In this document: piece after piece, positions 23,892 to 38,300 of the stretch
How the letters are laid out: each line of letters begins with the position of its first letter
How positions within the stretch are numbered: position 1 is the first letter of the stretch
Assembly: GCA_951406725.2 (NCBI GenBank)
Contig: OX597824.1
Location: 71,052,001-71,116,000 of the forward strand
DNA length: 64,000 nt
Source of the DNA: Octopus vulgaris
Taxonomy: Eukaryota
Reading direction: 5' to 3'
Program-made: the position numbers and the translations under genes
The notes under the pieces: generated by a model
What the model saw: only the letters and a program-made list of their open reading frames with translations
Databases searched by the model: none
Told to the model about the DNA's origin: nothing

Positions 23892-23893
<2 letters not shown>

Positions 23894-24214
23894 TGCTGCT
23901 GCTGACCACCTTCGGTCAGACACTGACCATGGGTTTGCACCTAGAGAGTTGGGCAAGGTTGTTTTATGGAAGACCAGCAGTCGCCCATGCATACTGGCCT
24001 CCCCTCTCCACGTCACCGATGTTGTCCAAGGGAAACGCAAGGGCCGATACAGCCTGGCACCTGTGACGTCGCAACTCATTTCTACAGCTGAGTGAACTGG
24101 AGCAACGTGAAATAAAGTGTCTTGCTCAAGAACACAACACGCAGCCCGGTCCGGGATTCGAGCTCACAACCTCACGATCGTAAGCTCGACGCTCTAACCA
24201 TTGAGCCACGCGCC

Positions 24215-24218
<4 letters not shown>
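23892..24218 (-). mobile_element. SINE with family-C head/core and a different 3' tail
   Basis: Shares cagctgagtgaactggagcaacgtgaaataaagtgtcttgctcaag and the tRNA head with SINE-C. The tail is unrelated and ends in (CAG)n. Confidence 0.78.
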
Positions 24219-24261
<43 letters not shown>

Positions 24262-24372
24262 GTATTTATATATATATATATATATATATATAAATACACA
24301 TGTAATATGTACATGTATATGTATATATAAATACTCATGTGTGCATATACATATACATTTGTGTATGTGTGT

Positions 24373-24432
<60 letters not shown>

Positions 24433-24794
24433 TAGACGCATCCGAGCTCACATCCAAGATCTTTTTTATATTTTTACAAATTTCCTGTTAAACTATTTCA
24501 CTAACAATGCTGATGGTTAATCATGTAGATTGACAAAAGAAAAGCGCTTGACCAACGTGCCATCCCTGAAATTGTAAGACCGATAAGATTAAACAGAATC
24601 TGACTCGAAGATCTCGTATACCACTGTAAATGCGTTTGTTAATATAAAAAGGCAAGGGAAGGCCCACTCTGACACATACTGTTTGATCAATTATATGCAT
24701 GCATATTTACAAATGTTTAAATCATAAAATATAAGAGAATCTACATATATAAACTGACTCATTGATTTCATGTGTGCAATTGTAAATTCAGTGA

Positions 24795-25192
24795 AAATCG
24801 TTGGCGGTAGATTGGCAGAAAGAGCGGTAGATTAGTAGAAAAGTCCTTGGATTGACAGGGAGGGCTGTGAATTGATAGAAAAGGTGGAGAATTGGCAGGA
24901 AGGGCGGTGAGTTAGTGGAAAATGCGGTGAATTGGCAGGAAGGGCAGTAAATTGGTAGAAGTAGCGGCAGGCTGGCAGGAAGGTGGTAGATTGTCAGAAA
25001 CGGCGGTGGATTGGCAGGGAAGACCATTGAGAGATAGAAAGGGCTTTGGATTGACAGGAAGGTCATGGATTGGCAGAAAGAGCGGTGAATTGATAGAAAG
25101 GGTCATAGATCAGTAGAAAGGGCCGTGGATTATTAGGAAGCTCGCGTAATGGCAGGAAGGGCCGTGGATTGGTAAAACGGATCGTGGATTGA
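24795..25192 (+). repeat. Degenerate ~20-bp minisatellite (~20 units; consensus ~GGGCGGTGGATTGGCAGAAA) running into a SINE-A body
   Basis: attg..agaa/agga recurs every 19-20 nt. It is followed directly by a degenerate SINE-A at 25190-25360. Confidence 0.85.
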
Positions 25193-25432
25193 CATCATCA
25201 TTAGGGTGTCGAAAATGCTTTGCGATATTGGTTCTTGGTGTTCTGAGTTCATATCCCACCGAGGTCGACTTTGCCTTTTATCGTTTCAAGTACTGGAATC
25301 GGTGATATCAACTGAACCCCCATCCTCTTGAAACTACTGACATCATGCCTAAATTAGACGAACCCCTAAATTTTATGTGAAGAAGGGTGTATTAAAATTA
25401 TTTCTTAAAAAGTGGGAAAATTTGACACTCAC

Positions 25433-25643
25433 AAGCAGGCTCATCGATTGGTTGTGTACATGTGTAGATGCAACCATTAAAACAGCAACGTTTGTGCTTG
25501 TTGTTTTTGCAGTCCTGGTCTGTCTTGCATTGAGACTGTTGGCAGGCAGATTGTGAGTAGGTTTTTGATACCGACGGACAAGCTTCTTGTGAACTTGAAG
25601 TGTCTTCTTCTTTAGGAGAATCTCCTTGGTAATCGTAATCGAT
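25433..25643 (-). CDS. WFDC1: WFDC1-like exon 2: WAP four-disulfide core domain (211 nt, phase 0-1)
   Basis: Acceptor tttctttcatacag, donor |gtgagt. Translates IDYDYQGDSPKEEDTSSSQEACPSVSKTYSQSACQQSQCKTDQDCKNNKHKRCCFNGCIYTCTQPIDEPA, with 8 Cys in WAP spacing including CC-x-NGC-xxx-C, as in vertebrate WFDC1 (RCCYNGCAYAC). Confidence 0.93.
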
Positions 25644-25894
25644 CTGTATGAAAGAAACAACAAATGTATGACGTCTATAAAATAGAATGTAAACAGCTTG
25701 GTAGATTGATATAAAAGAAACAAGAGTTCTATGATGCCCCTGGACAGTATCAAAAGCAATGACCTGGAAATTTCATTTCAAACACAGTTATTGAGTTCAA
25801 AGGATAAGGAAAAAAACACTACATCTTTTCCAAAGTGTATCTGGAAATTCAGAGACCAAGAACAGGAATGTCCTCCGTTACTATGAACCGTTAC

Positions 25895-26223
25895 TAGTAG
25901 GAGCACTCCATCGGTTACGACGACGAGAGTCCCAGCTGATACGATCAACAGAACAGCCTGCTCGTGAAATTAACGTGCAAGTGACTGAGCAATCCACAGA
26001 CACGCCTACCCTTAACATAGTTCTCAGGGAGACTCAGCATGACATAGAGTGTGACAAGGCCGGCCCTTTGAAATTCAGGTACAACTCATTTTTGCCAGCT
26101 GAGTGGATTGGAGCAACGTGAAATAAAGTGTCTTGCTCAAGGACAAAACGCGTCGCCGGGAATCGAACTCACGACCTTACAATCGTGAGCCGAATGCCCT
26201 AACCACTAAGCCACGCGCCATCA
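25895..26223 (-). mobile_element. SINE family C, near full length
   Basis: Matches 19841-20107 and 43720-44020. Confidence 0.85.
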
Positions 26224-26724
26224 CTAGAAATACTTCTGGCTGCACTGCCACACCAAAATACAAGTATCCTGAGACTTCATGCTTTGCCTAATCGAAATGG
26301 TGAAGCTGTGCAAACAGCCAGCGATATCACTTAACCAGATACGATTATCTAAATGTCGTCATCAGAGAAAATTCTTTTTGGGCGGCATCCATGCGCCTTC
26401 AAAAACAAGGGCCTACCAGCTCAAATTCAGAGTCATCAGATCTAACAAGTGTCATGGAATAGTTGTTCCTTAATGATTGAACGTCAGGACATGGTGGTTT
26501 CCCTTAAACCATAGCAATGCAGCCACTAATATTTCGAGTCTGTTACATATTTGGCCAGGTGTCCTGCCTTGATCAACGAAAATCTACTTATCTGTGGTCA
26601 CAACTTCAGCCATTAAACAAATGTTGCCTTGCAGATCGTGTGTATATCTTTTGTACATGAAACTGATTCATCATAATTACACCATGCGTTCTTTTCACCA
26701 TAAGTTCTTTTCTTATTCATAAAT

Positions 26725-28375
<1,651 letters not shown>

Positions 28376-28737
28376 CCTGTTGATGTTGAAATTCCAATGA
28401 AGGTGCCTTGGGTCTAGGTTAGAAACCGGCTCTTTCTCTATTGGCAAGAAATCTTGAAATAAAACTGAATAACGACATACAAAAGCACATAGTGGGTATC
28501 AGCTCGTTGATTAGTGTGACCATCACTAACAAATTCTCTTATCCTAGACGTTAATGACAATGGCTGTCGGCCACGTCCGTGCTAAAATTTAATGTTAACA
28601 ACACCCTGCACAATACCGCCAAGATTCTCACTTGCAAAGCCAAGTAGTCGAGAAACAAGCAAGGGCAAAATTTCCGGCTTCGCAATAAACGTGTAGTATT
28701 TCGGAATTTCTTTGTCTAAACAAAGTTTAGGGGTTTC

Positions 28738-29030
28738 GGATCTTTTCACTTTGACCGGCAGATTTAAAAAATAATTTTTTTGTTAATTTGACAAACGAAA
28801 TATACACCGCCGGAAGTTCTTGTTGACAAACAACAGCAGTGATTATATTCACCTCAATAGACGAAATACGAAAAATTTAACAACAAACAGCTTACAAACT
28901 ACAGAATTTTCTCAAGAACGCCATGAGGAAAAGATGTTTTATGTGACACATTCTACCAGCATACGAAGTTTAAAAGTGTTTAGTTACAAAAAATTATTTT
29001 TTAAATCTGCTGGTCAAAGTGAAAAGATCC
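28738..29030. mobile_element. Merlin-type MITE (short member), TIR GGATCTTTTCACTTTGACC, near-perfect 8-bp TSD ggggtttc/gaggtttc
   Basis: Same terminal and subterminal motif (cacattctaccag.atacgaagttt) as 3844-4776 and 61078-61740. Confidence 0.78.
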
Positions 29031-29277
29031 GAGGTTTCTCATTTCCACCTGTCGGAAGGCTGTAGACTCTACTGAGTTCATCTGTCCTTTGACAGATTTT
29101 GCTTTTCGACCTGCAGGCTGTCCTACGAAATCCATCCTCCTTACCAAGCAGGCATGGTAGGGTTGCCGATATAATCGCTGACGTCCCGACCATGCGGCAG
29201 GTTGTTCTGGGTTAGATTTTACCAGTAGCACTAAGAGTGGCCTCTGACATTACACATACATACATAGGCATGATTAG

Positions 29278-29682
29278 AGCGCACACGTGGCTGTGTGGTA
29301 AGAAGCTTGCTTCTCAACCACACGGTTCTGGGCTCACTCCCACAGCGGGGCACCTTGGGCAAGTGTCTTCTACTATAGCCGCGGGCTAACCAAGGCGTTG
29401 TGAGTAGATTTGGAACACGGAAACTGAAAGAAGCCCGTCGTATATGTATGTGTGTGTGTGTGTGTATTTGTGTCTGTGCTTGTACCCCCGTCACTGGGAT
29501 ACCCCAACCGGTGTTGGTAAGTTTACGTCCCCGTAACTTAGCGGTTCGGCAAAAGAGCCGACAGAATAAGTACTAGGCTTGAAAAACGAGTCCTGGGGTG
29601 TATTTGTTTGACTAAAACCCTTCAAGGCAGTGCTTCAGCATGGCCGCAGTCAAATAACTAAAACAAGTAAAAGAATAAGAGA
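29278..29682 (+). mobile_element. SINE family B copy
   Basis: Full-length match. Confidence 0.85.
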
Positions 29683-29775
29683 ATACATATATACCTACCT
29701 GCCTACCTACCTACCTACATACATACATACATGCATACATACATACATACATACATACATACATACATACATACA

Positions 29776-29807
<32 letters not shown>

Positions 29808-29945
29808 GACAAACAGACATTTTTTGCAAAACAGAATACTTCAAAGAGAAAAATCAAGAGATTGTTCAAGCAAACAATGGCACGAACTAGTATGGTTCCC
29901 TCTGATGGTCACTTTCGCTACTAAAAATTGCAACCAAATCTTCTT

Positions 29946-30520
29946 ATAGGCGCAGGAGTGGCTGTGTGGTAAGTAGCTTGCTTACCAACTATATGGTTCC
30001 GAGTTCAGTCCCACTGCATGGCACTTTGGGCAAGTGTCTTCTACTATAGCCTCGGGCCGACCAAAACCTTGTCAGTGGATTTGGTAGACGGAAACTGAGA
30101 GAAGCCCGTCGTATATATGTATATATATATATAAACAATTTATAAGTAAAGGGAAAACAAAAAAATTCTAATGCCAAAATAAGCCGAAAATGGACACTAC
30201 GTCAATAACCATGTAATATATCACTACAAGCACGTGTTTCAAAGACAGCCGACAGAAATTTCCCAAAAGTTCCGTTATAACCATATCAGACATATATATG
30301 TATTTGTTTGTGCGTCAGTGTTTGTCCCCCCAACATCGCTTGACAACCGATGCTGGTGTGTTTGCGTCCCCGTAACATTAGCGGTTCGGCAAAAGAGACC
30401 GATAGAATAAGTACTAGGATTACAAAGAATAAGTCCTGGGGTCGATTTGCTCGACTAAAGGTAGTGCTCCAACATGGCCGCAGTCAAATGACTGAAACAA
30501 GTAAAAGAGCAAAAGAGAGT
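29946..30520 (+). mobile_element. SINE family B with a ~165-bp Penelope-like insert in its internal (TA)n
   Basis: The insert at ~30130-30292 is a diverged reverse complement of 63290-63452. Confidence 0.8.
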
Positions 30521-30548
30521 ATGAACAAAGGATAAATTTATTCTCAAA

Positions 30549-31076
30549 CTAGCAGCATAGCACAGCGTTGCCCGGGTATGTAAGAGCCCCTAGTAGGCAA
30601 CGACTAATCCCAATCCAGTCCTTTCCCTCTAATTTCCTGCCAAATTGTGAAAGATATTGTTGAAAATATGTCATCTTGAATTTGAACGCGATTTCCCAAA
30701 ATGGCATGATTTTATGATTTTTTCTGATGGTAAGGTATTGCATGGAAAACTAACGTTAGAATTAAGTTTCTTAGGGTAACATTAAGCTTCACCATGAGTT
30801 TGGTGAAAATCGATTGCAAGTTGCGAAAACTACAACAGAAAATGTGTTTGATTTAAAAAGCTTAGATTCTCGACCCCATGTCGAATTTATCGGTTTTTGT
30901 CAGAACTGGTGGAACTTTTCAAAATTTTCACTGCGTTAGTTTTGAATTATGACATTGGGCTATGTGTGTGTCATGTTTCATCAGAATCGGATGAAAGCTG
31001 TGGTCAGGGTGAGGGTACAACCTGACAGACACACAGACACACAGACAGACAAACTGCCGTTTATATATAGAGAGAT
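30549..31076 (-). mobile_element. Non-autonomous Helitron
   Basis: On the minus strand it starts TC(TC..TATATATA), ends with a cccgggcaacgc hairpin region and CTAG, and sits between A and T. Confidence 0.7.
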
Positions 31077-31249
31077 ATCAGAAATAACACTACCAAGTAC
31101 ACTATGCAGTCATTAGGTAAGAAGTAAATACACAAGCCTTGAGAGAAGATTTTTCATATTAGATTTACAATTTATAAAAAAAAGTAAGTTGATAATAACA
31201 AAATATAAATTAGTCAAACATACTCCATCTGTTACACACTATAAAAGAT

Positions 31250-31472
31250 AATCCTTTCTTCTATAGGCACAAGGCCTGAAAATTTGGTGTGGAGAGATGA
31301 GTCGATTACATCGATCCTCAATGTGTAACTGGTACTTAATTTATCTACTCCGACAGGATGAAAGAAAGGCAAAGTCGACCCTGGCGGCATTTGTACTCAG
31401 AACACGAAGACAGACGAAATATTGCTAAGCATTTTGCCCGGAGTTGCTAACGATCCTGCCAGCTCGCCACCT
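31250..31472 (-). mobile_element. SINE family A copy
   Basis: Reverse-complement match. Confidence 0.8.
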
Positions 31473-31733
31473 CTACGTTATAACAAATAATATTTACATT
31501 TCTCTCTAAAAATCTTTCAGACCACACAAAATACTCGAGTCTTGGTAATTGTTGGCGCCTCGGGCAAGCTAAATTTCGGTCTTCTTACAAGTGTATTTAT
31601 ATTTAATTTTCACAAGAAGTAAAAATTGCGAATAAAGTGTTTATTAGATAGAATATACAAGCTAAAGAAAATATTTCAAGCTCGTTAATAACGTTTTAAC
31701 TCTTCCTTTGATATAACTAGAAAGAGATAAATA

Positions 31734-31877
<144 letters not shown>

Positions 31878-31965
31878 TGACTGTGTCTGCAATACTGGCA
31901 ATTATATCTCAACACATTTTTGTTACAAACACCGACTGAAGGATGGGTGAGAGAGAGAAAGAGAA

Positions 31966-32024
<59 letters not shown>

Positions 32025-32319
32025 CAGACAGAGAGAGAGAGAGAAGCAGACAGAGAGACAGAGAGAGTCCAAAGGATGTTGTTGATCTTTCGTAGCTGCA
32101 GCGAAGTTTTATAATAAATTAAAGAATAAGAACAAAGGAAGTGGTGAGAACGGATGCTGAAAAACATGCTTTATCATTTTTTTCTTCTCGATTTTACATC
32201 TAAAAATGCTTTCACAGCCTTTTCTACATTTATCTATATTTTGCAATATTTTGACAAGATCACCAAAGAATTCAACGTTCAGTGTCATGAGCAGTCACAA
32301 AGTCACAAATATATCGTTA

Positions 32320-33944
32320 CTAGCTGAATTGCCCGGTGTTGCCCGGGTTGTTGCTGTTCTTATTGAGATTAGTAAAAAATAAATATGAAGATATTTTTTT
32401 TTCTTAATTATTTCAAAAATATCTATATTTTATTTTAAAATATCCAAATTGTAATGATAATAGAATTTTGAACTGAAAATCTGTCAATCTTGAACTACCT
32501 CAGGGTAAACAATATTCATTGTGTAATTTTTTGTTGATGTCCATATGAATAAATTGTTACTGCTTCCAACTCGTGAGCAGCCAATATAGAGTCGGCGTTG
32601 GAGAAGCATGTAGTAGAAAGATGAAGTCCAAGTACCTTGAGGGATTGACCCTGAGATTTGTTAACTGAAATACCAAAACTTAGTTTGACTGGAAACTGAA
32701 GTGTCTTAAATTCAAATTGAACATCTGTAGGTACGAGAGGAAATTTTGGAAAAAGACATTTTCTTCTTTGTGACTACCTGTTATGATTGTTGCCTGTAGG
32801 ACATGGGGCTTCATGAAAGTAACAATTAAACGGGTTCCATTACACAGGTGAGGTGGGTCAAGATTCCTACGCAATGTAATGGGAGCATCCAGCATTAGTG
32901 TGAAGTTATGCGGTGGCATCCCAGTGATTTTAAGTGTGTTCAGAAATTCAACAGGTTATTGAATAGCCTGGTCTTGATCGACTGTAGTGTGAATTGATAG
33001 AAAAGTCATTTCTGGTGTATCTGTTAACTTTTGAAGAAGTTCATGATTGAGTTTATCAACCATTTCATTAATTGGAGCCAGTTTACATAGCCAGTTTACA
33101 TCAGTGTAATTGACAATCACATATACACATAGCCAGTTTACATCAGTGTAATTGACAATCACATATACACTCTCACAAACACTGACACACATATATACTC
33201 TCACATATACTCATATATATACTAAGACAGACACACAGATATACATTTATGTAACGAACGCGCAAACACACACACACACACTCACTCACAGACATATACA
33301 CACCCATCGTCGTCGTCGTATAAAATGCCCTTTACTATCTCGTACGTAACTAACGCGCAAACATACAACACTCATAGACACATGCACACTCATATACAAA
33401 ATGTGTCGCGATGATGGTGGTGGTGGTGGTATAAAATGTCCTTTACTATCTCGTACGTAAGGAAGGTGCAAACACACCTACACTGACAGACACATACACA
33501 CACATATGCAAAATGTGTCGTCGTCATGGTATAAAATGTCCTTTGCTATTTCGTACATAACGAACGCGCATACACACACGCAAACCACAGACATATACAC
33601 ACTCATATACAAAATGTGCCGTCGTCGTCATAGTGGTATAAAATGTCCTTTACTATGTCATACGTAACGAACGCCCAAATATACAAACACACGCATACAC
33701 ACCACTCATATACAAAGTGTGACGTCCTCGTCGTCATGGTATAAAATGTCCTTTACTATAGTTGACTATAGAAAGCTTAATTTAGATAAAATGTTATATT
33801 GTTTTAATGCAAATGAAAATAAAAATTACATGTTAACATTCGCAAGATTTAATACTGTTACCTAGTAAAATTTGATTTAATTTGGTGGAGCCGTTTGAGA
33901 ATGCATAGGGAATAGACAGACAAAGAATTTTATATAGAGAGAGA
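32320..33944 (-). mobile_element. Internally deleted Helitron with a Pif1-like helicase remnant and internal tandem repeats
   Basis: The 3' end has a cccgggcaacaccggg hairpin and CTAG. The minus strand reads PVEFLNTL..MPPHNFTLMLDAPITLRRNLDPPHLCNGTRLIV...LQFPVKLSFGISVNKSQGQSLKVLG...YIGCSRV, the canonical Helitron helicase C-terminal motifs, with frameshifts. Confidence 0.88.
33250..33760. repeat. Five ~100-111-bp tandem units inside the Helitron
   Basis: gtataaaatg(t/c)ccttt(a/g)ctat recurs at ~33318, 33429, 33529, 33636 and 33739, with CA-rich linkers. Confidence 0.85.
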
Positions 33945-34218
33945 TAAGCTTTGGTAAACTAAAGCTTCTGTCTCCGTGACTACTATTATAGGTACAGTAT
34001 AACAAACATTACTCTTAATGCAATCCACAGATCTGGCATGGTAACTCGAAAGTTTTAAATTTTGCGTCTCCATGAAATAATTCTTCTGAAGCAACTATTG
34101 CAGTCAAGCTAACATTCGGTAATGTCACCTACGCACCACTTTGAAAATAAACTTGATTCCACTCAAAGAATTGTTCATGTTTTGTTTATATTTCATTCTA
34201 TCTATTATTTTCCTAGTT

Positions 34219-34726
34219 CAGAAAATCTTTGTATGAGATGAAAGCAGTAACTACACAGAGAAGTAACATTTATCACCACTCAAAGATTATTGTTCCATAG
34301 AAACTGACGTTACTACTATTTTTAACCCCAAGAGGACGCCTCCTCCAGCTGGTTATTCGATGCAATCTGCATCCGATATATATAGCAAGCAGGGGAGCGA
34401 ACCGTACCATCTTCCAGTCACAAGACCATCAGACCATACAGTTTCGACCTCTTCGTGGTCATCTTTGGTGGTAGATATTCGTCCTCTAGAGAAAGTAGTA
34501 GTTCACTCTAGCTCGCAATATATAGAGAACAAGTGATACACAGTCACTGATCTTGCAACAAGCAAATTTGCTAATTAGAAAATCTCTTTACGAGATGAAA
34601 GCAGTATAGTAACGTATATACCGAGAAGTAACGTTTATCGCCACTTAAACATGACTGTTCTGTGGGAACCAACGTCACTGCTATTTTTAACCCCAGATGG
34701 ACGCTTCCGCCAGCTGGTTATTCGAT
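34219..34726. repeat. Diverged ~140-150-bp direct repeat (period ~355 bp) bracketing a degenerate hammerhead-like motif
   Basis: agaaaatct...gagatgaaagcagta...ctatttttaacccca...ccagctggttattcgat occurs at ~34219-34361 and ~34577-34726. Confidence 0.75.
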
Positions 34727-35042
34727 TAATTGTTTTTTATTTATTTGGAAAACCTCACATTCATCATGTGGCTCCCTCTAGTACGTCGTACAGCGTGTTA
34801 CATGTATCTTCAGTCGTTTTTCTTGCTATGCATCACCATCTCTAACGATCTCTTACGACCACCTCACATACATAACATCGCCGAAAATGCGTTCTAAAGA
34901 TTAGACATCTCCTTCACATCCAGAAAATGTTTTATCCCCGATCAGATGGTGATCTTGTCTTAAAAAAAACTCCCGTGTAGCCATTTAAATCACCCAATAG
35001 AGTAAATAACATACGAGAAAAGATACGTACAATTTAACTATA

Positions 35043-35446
35043 TAGGCGCAGGAGTGGCTGTGTGGTAAGTAGCTTGCTTACTAACCACATGGTTCCGGGT
35101 TCAGTCCCACTGCGTGGCACCTTGGGCAAGTGTTTTCTACTGTAGCCTCGGGCCCACCAAAGCCTTGTGAGTGGATTTGGTAGACGGAAACTGAAAGAAG
35201 CCCGTCGTGTATATATGTATATGTATATATGTGTGTGTGTTTGTGTGTCTATGTTTCTTCCCCCCAATATCGCTTAACAACCGATACTAGTGTGTTTAGG
35301 TCCCCGTAACTTAGCGGTTCAGCAAAAAGAGACTGATAGAATAAATACTAGGCTTACAAAGAATAAGTCCTGGGGTCGATTTGCTCGACCAAAGGCGGTG
35401 CTCCAGCATGGCCGCAGTCAAATGACTGAAACACGTAAAAGAGAGT
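35043..35446 (+). mobile_element. SINE family B copy
   Basis: Full-length, with most CpGs retained. Confidence 0.88.
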
Positions 35447-35528
35447 TAAATTGCGTGTGTCGTTCTTTTCGGCACACACACGCTCACGCACGCGCGCGCT
35501 CACACACACACACAAACACACACACAAT

Positions 35529-35567
<39 letters not shown>

Positions 35568-35654
35568 ACACACACAAAGTCAAGATGGTCCTTTAACGTT
35601 TTGAAGCGAAAGCGTGAGAAAACGTACGTGAGTGTTTAAATTTAGCAGTACATA

Positions 35655-35873
35655 TACGAGGGTGTGTTGAAAAGTTCCTGGCTTTAAGGGTGTAGCGAAA
35701 TTCCTGGCTGGAGGCCCAACCTTCCGAGTTCTTTTACAGGGCTTAGAAAAACTGAAGGACCGCTGCAATAAGTGTGCGAATCTAAGAAGGGAATATGTTG
35801 AATTAAAATAATTAACTGATCCTCCTGTATCTTCTTTTCCCCAAAGCCAAGACCTTTTCAGCACTCACTCGTA
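35655..35873 (+). mobile_element. mariner MITE with a transposase C-terminal remnant, TA TSD
   Basis: TIRs ta|cgagggtgtgttgaaaagttcctggcttt and aaagccaagaccttttcagcactcactcg|ta. Internal frame GLEKLKDRCNKCANLRREYVE. Confidence 0.82.
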
Positions 35874-36062
35874 TGTGCGCTTGTGCGACATATTCCCACA
35901 TCACCTTCTGTTTGTATATATATATTTCCTCCCAATCTTCTGCCGATTTTCATCTGACTCACAATCCATTAATCCGTTATTATAACTGTACTTATTTTTG
36001 GTCCTTTGAAGCATTTCTTCTATCTTCCTTCCTGTCAATCCATGTCTACACAATACTTTAAC

Positions 36063-36297
36063 CTATTTCTCTGCTATCCACAAGGGGCTAAACACAGAGG
36101 GGACAAACAAGGGCGGACAAACGGATTAAGTCGATTACATCGACCCCAGTGCGTAACTGGTACTTAATTTATCGACCCCGAAAGGATGAAAGGCGAAGTC
36201 GACCTCGGCGGAATTTGAACTCAGAACGTAACGGCAGACGAAATACGGCTACGTATTTCGCACGGCGTGCTAACGTTTCTGCCAGTTCGCCGCCTTG
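36063..36297 (-). mobile_element. Young SINE family A copy, TSD caatactttaacct
   Basis: TSD at 36051-36064 and 36298-36311. Confidence 0.9.
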
Positions 36298-36699
36298 CAA
36301 TACTTTAACCTGCCATCGTAGTTGTATCTGTATAGTTCTTTGAGACATCGTTCCTACCCACCTTACTATTTAATTTATCATAGTAGATGTATCTCTCTCT
36401 GTAGTTGAGTTAATGTAACATTCCACTTTCTTTTCCAAATTTCTGGCTCTTCTTTTTTCTTCACTTTCTGCTTACCTCTTGGCAATTAAACTTATGCATT
36501 CCTCTGAATTTTACGCTGACTGATATTTACCGATACAGAAATCCAAGAAGCCATTTGGAAATTATTACTGCAGTGAAATGTGAAAATGTTTAAATTCTTC
36601 AAAAATGATTTTAGTCAAAAGGAAAGAAAATACAGGGGTATATTCATTTTCTAAAAATTCATTATTACTAAATTGAATTTAATTTATGCGATGTTGGAG

Positions 36700-37640
36700 A
36701 TTAGCTGACCGTTGTGCCTTACCCCAGTTACTGCTTGATTAGGTTGGAGCGTCTCTTGTTTATTTTCTTCAGGAAGGGGCGCGTTCCAATGGTCAGGCGC
36801 TCAATTTGCTGCCAGCTCCCTCTGTGTTGCGGCTTAGGCGTCCCATGGCTTTTGATGTGCAGACACGCACTCAGGTTGCGCCACCTGCAGCAATTTCTAG
36901 ATGCTAGATGTATGTAGGCTCCGTTTGTGAGACAGGTCTTTCCGCAGCTCGTCTCTTTGACGGAGCTGCACCTAGAATGTCATCAGGCACTCACAGTCCT
37001 CTACCAGTTGGGCAATAGGTTCGGTGAATGTTCCACTTTAGCTATATAGAGAGGCTTAGTAGCAGGAAAGTGTGATGATATTCTCGGGGACACTTTGGGA
37101 GTCGATGAAAATGAACTGACTAGTCTGTTCCGGGGGATTTTGCGGTCGGGGACAACTATGCATAATTTCCGATACGAAATAAACTCCACATGTACGGATG
37201 TGCTGTCACATGGGCTTGTCCGAGGCGTACGCAGATCGACGAAACCGTTCTACATGCTCCCGTTCAGTGTCCGGGCATTGCTGACTTGTGGAGTTATGTT
37301 GAACAGCTGCTGTCGCGTATGGGACGTATCCGTCTGTCGACCGAGTCCATAGAGATGATTGCCCTGCCGAACTCTTTTATTCGAGAAAGCAAGGCTGTTT
37401 TCCTTTGCCTGGTGGCTGTGGCGAAAGAGGTTGTCTGGTTGATGAGGTTGAGAGAAATGAGGACAGAGACATTCCGCTTTGGTAAGCCCCTCATTGACTT
37501 TTTCAAGTTTCACTTGAAAAGGAAAGTGAGGGTGAAGAGGGGGGTGCTGTCCTCGAGTGAATTTATTAAAATGTGGGTGAAAATTGCATAAATGAATGAG
37601 TGGATGATACCGCTCTAAGTGTAGACCTATGAGTCGGTGA
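36700..37640 (+). mobile_element. Tx1/L1-clade LINE ORF2 3' fragment (decayed)
   Basis: LERLLFIFFRKGRVPMVRRSICCQLPLCCGLGVPWLL... and a degenerate C-terminal zinc knuckle CPRRTQIDETVLHAPVQCP. Homologous to 44455-45030. Confidence 0.82.
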
Positions 37641-37929
37641 AGAGGTGTTGGAGAGGGCACTTGTCCTTGATATTCAGGGAGATCTTGGATGGTGGGGTTC
37701 CTCGATATCCCTGGAGGTCCTCCTCATTCCCTCTGGCTCTTTACGTTCTGAGATCACGTACGACCAAACCAGTTTTACCTTTCTTTTTTTTTTTCGGGGT
37801 CACTGAAATAAAGAATCAGTCAAGTACTGGAGTTGACAGTATCGTCTTACACCACCCCTTCCTAAAAATTGCTTACCTTGTGCCTAAATGTGTGAGTGTG
37901 TACTTATATATGTTTATGTATGTGTGTGT

Positions 37930-38300
37930 GTGACTGTGTGGTAAGTAGCTTGCTAACCAACCACATGGTGCCGGGTTCAGTCCCACTGCGTGGCATCTTG
38001 GGCAAGTGTCTTCTGCTATAGCCCCGGGCCGACCAATGCCTTGTGAGTGGATTTGGTAGACGGAAACTGAAAGAAGCCTGTTGTATGTGTGTTTGTGTGT
38101 CTGTGTTTGTCCCCTTAGCATTGCTTGACAACCGATGCTGGTGTGTTTACGTCCCCGTCACTTAGCGGTTCGGCAAAACAGACCGATAGAATAAGTACTG
38201 GGCTTACAAAGAATAAGTCCCTGGGTCGATTTGCTCGACTAAAGGCGGTACTCCAGCATGGCCGCAGTCAAATGACTGAAACAAGTAAAAGAGTAAGAGT
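37930..38300 (+). mobile_element. SINE family B copy
   Basis: Shares diagnostic variants with the 50.7-51.6 kb copies. Confidence 0.88.

Noticed and set aside
25373-25759. 128-aa ORF in the track overlapping the WAP exon
   Set aside because: It is the wrong reading frame of exon 2 extended into introns.
26150-26223. tRNA-like cloverleaf fragments (also 20035-20107 and 24145-24218)
   Set aside because: They are SINE heads continuous with SINE core and tail, with no proper acceptor stem.
28548-28645. Plus-strand acceptor followed by DVNDNGCRPRPC*, EGF-like at first glance
   Set aside because: Immediate stop codon, incomplete Cys pattern and no partner exons.
33250-33760. CRISPR-like repeat/spacer appearance (also the 20-bp array at 24.8-25.2 kb)
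   Set aside because: Eukaryotic DNA, no cas genes, degenerate repeats, and 'spacers' that are related CA-rich sequences. Explained as tandem repeats within or next to TEs.
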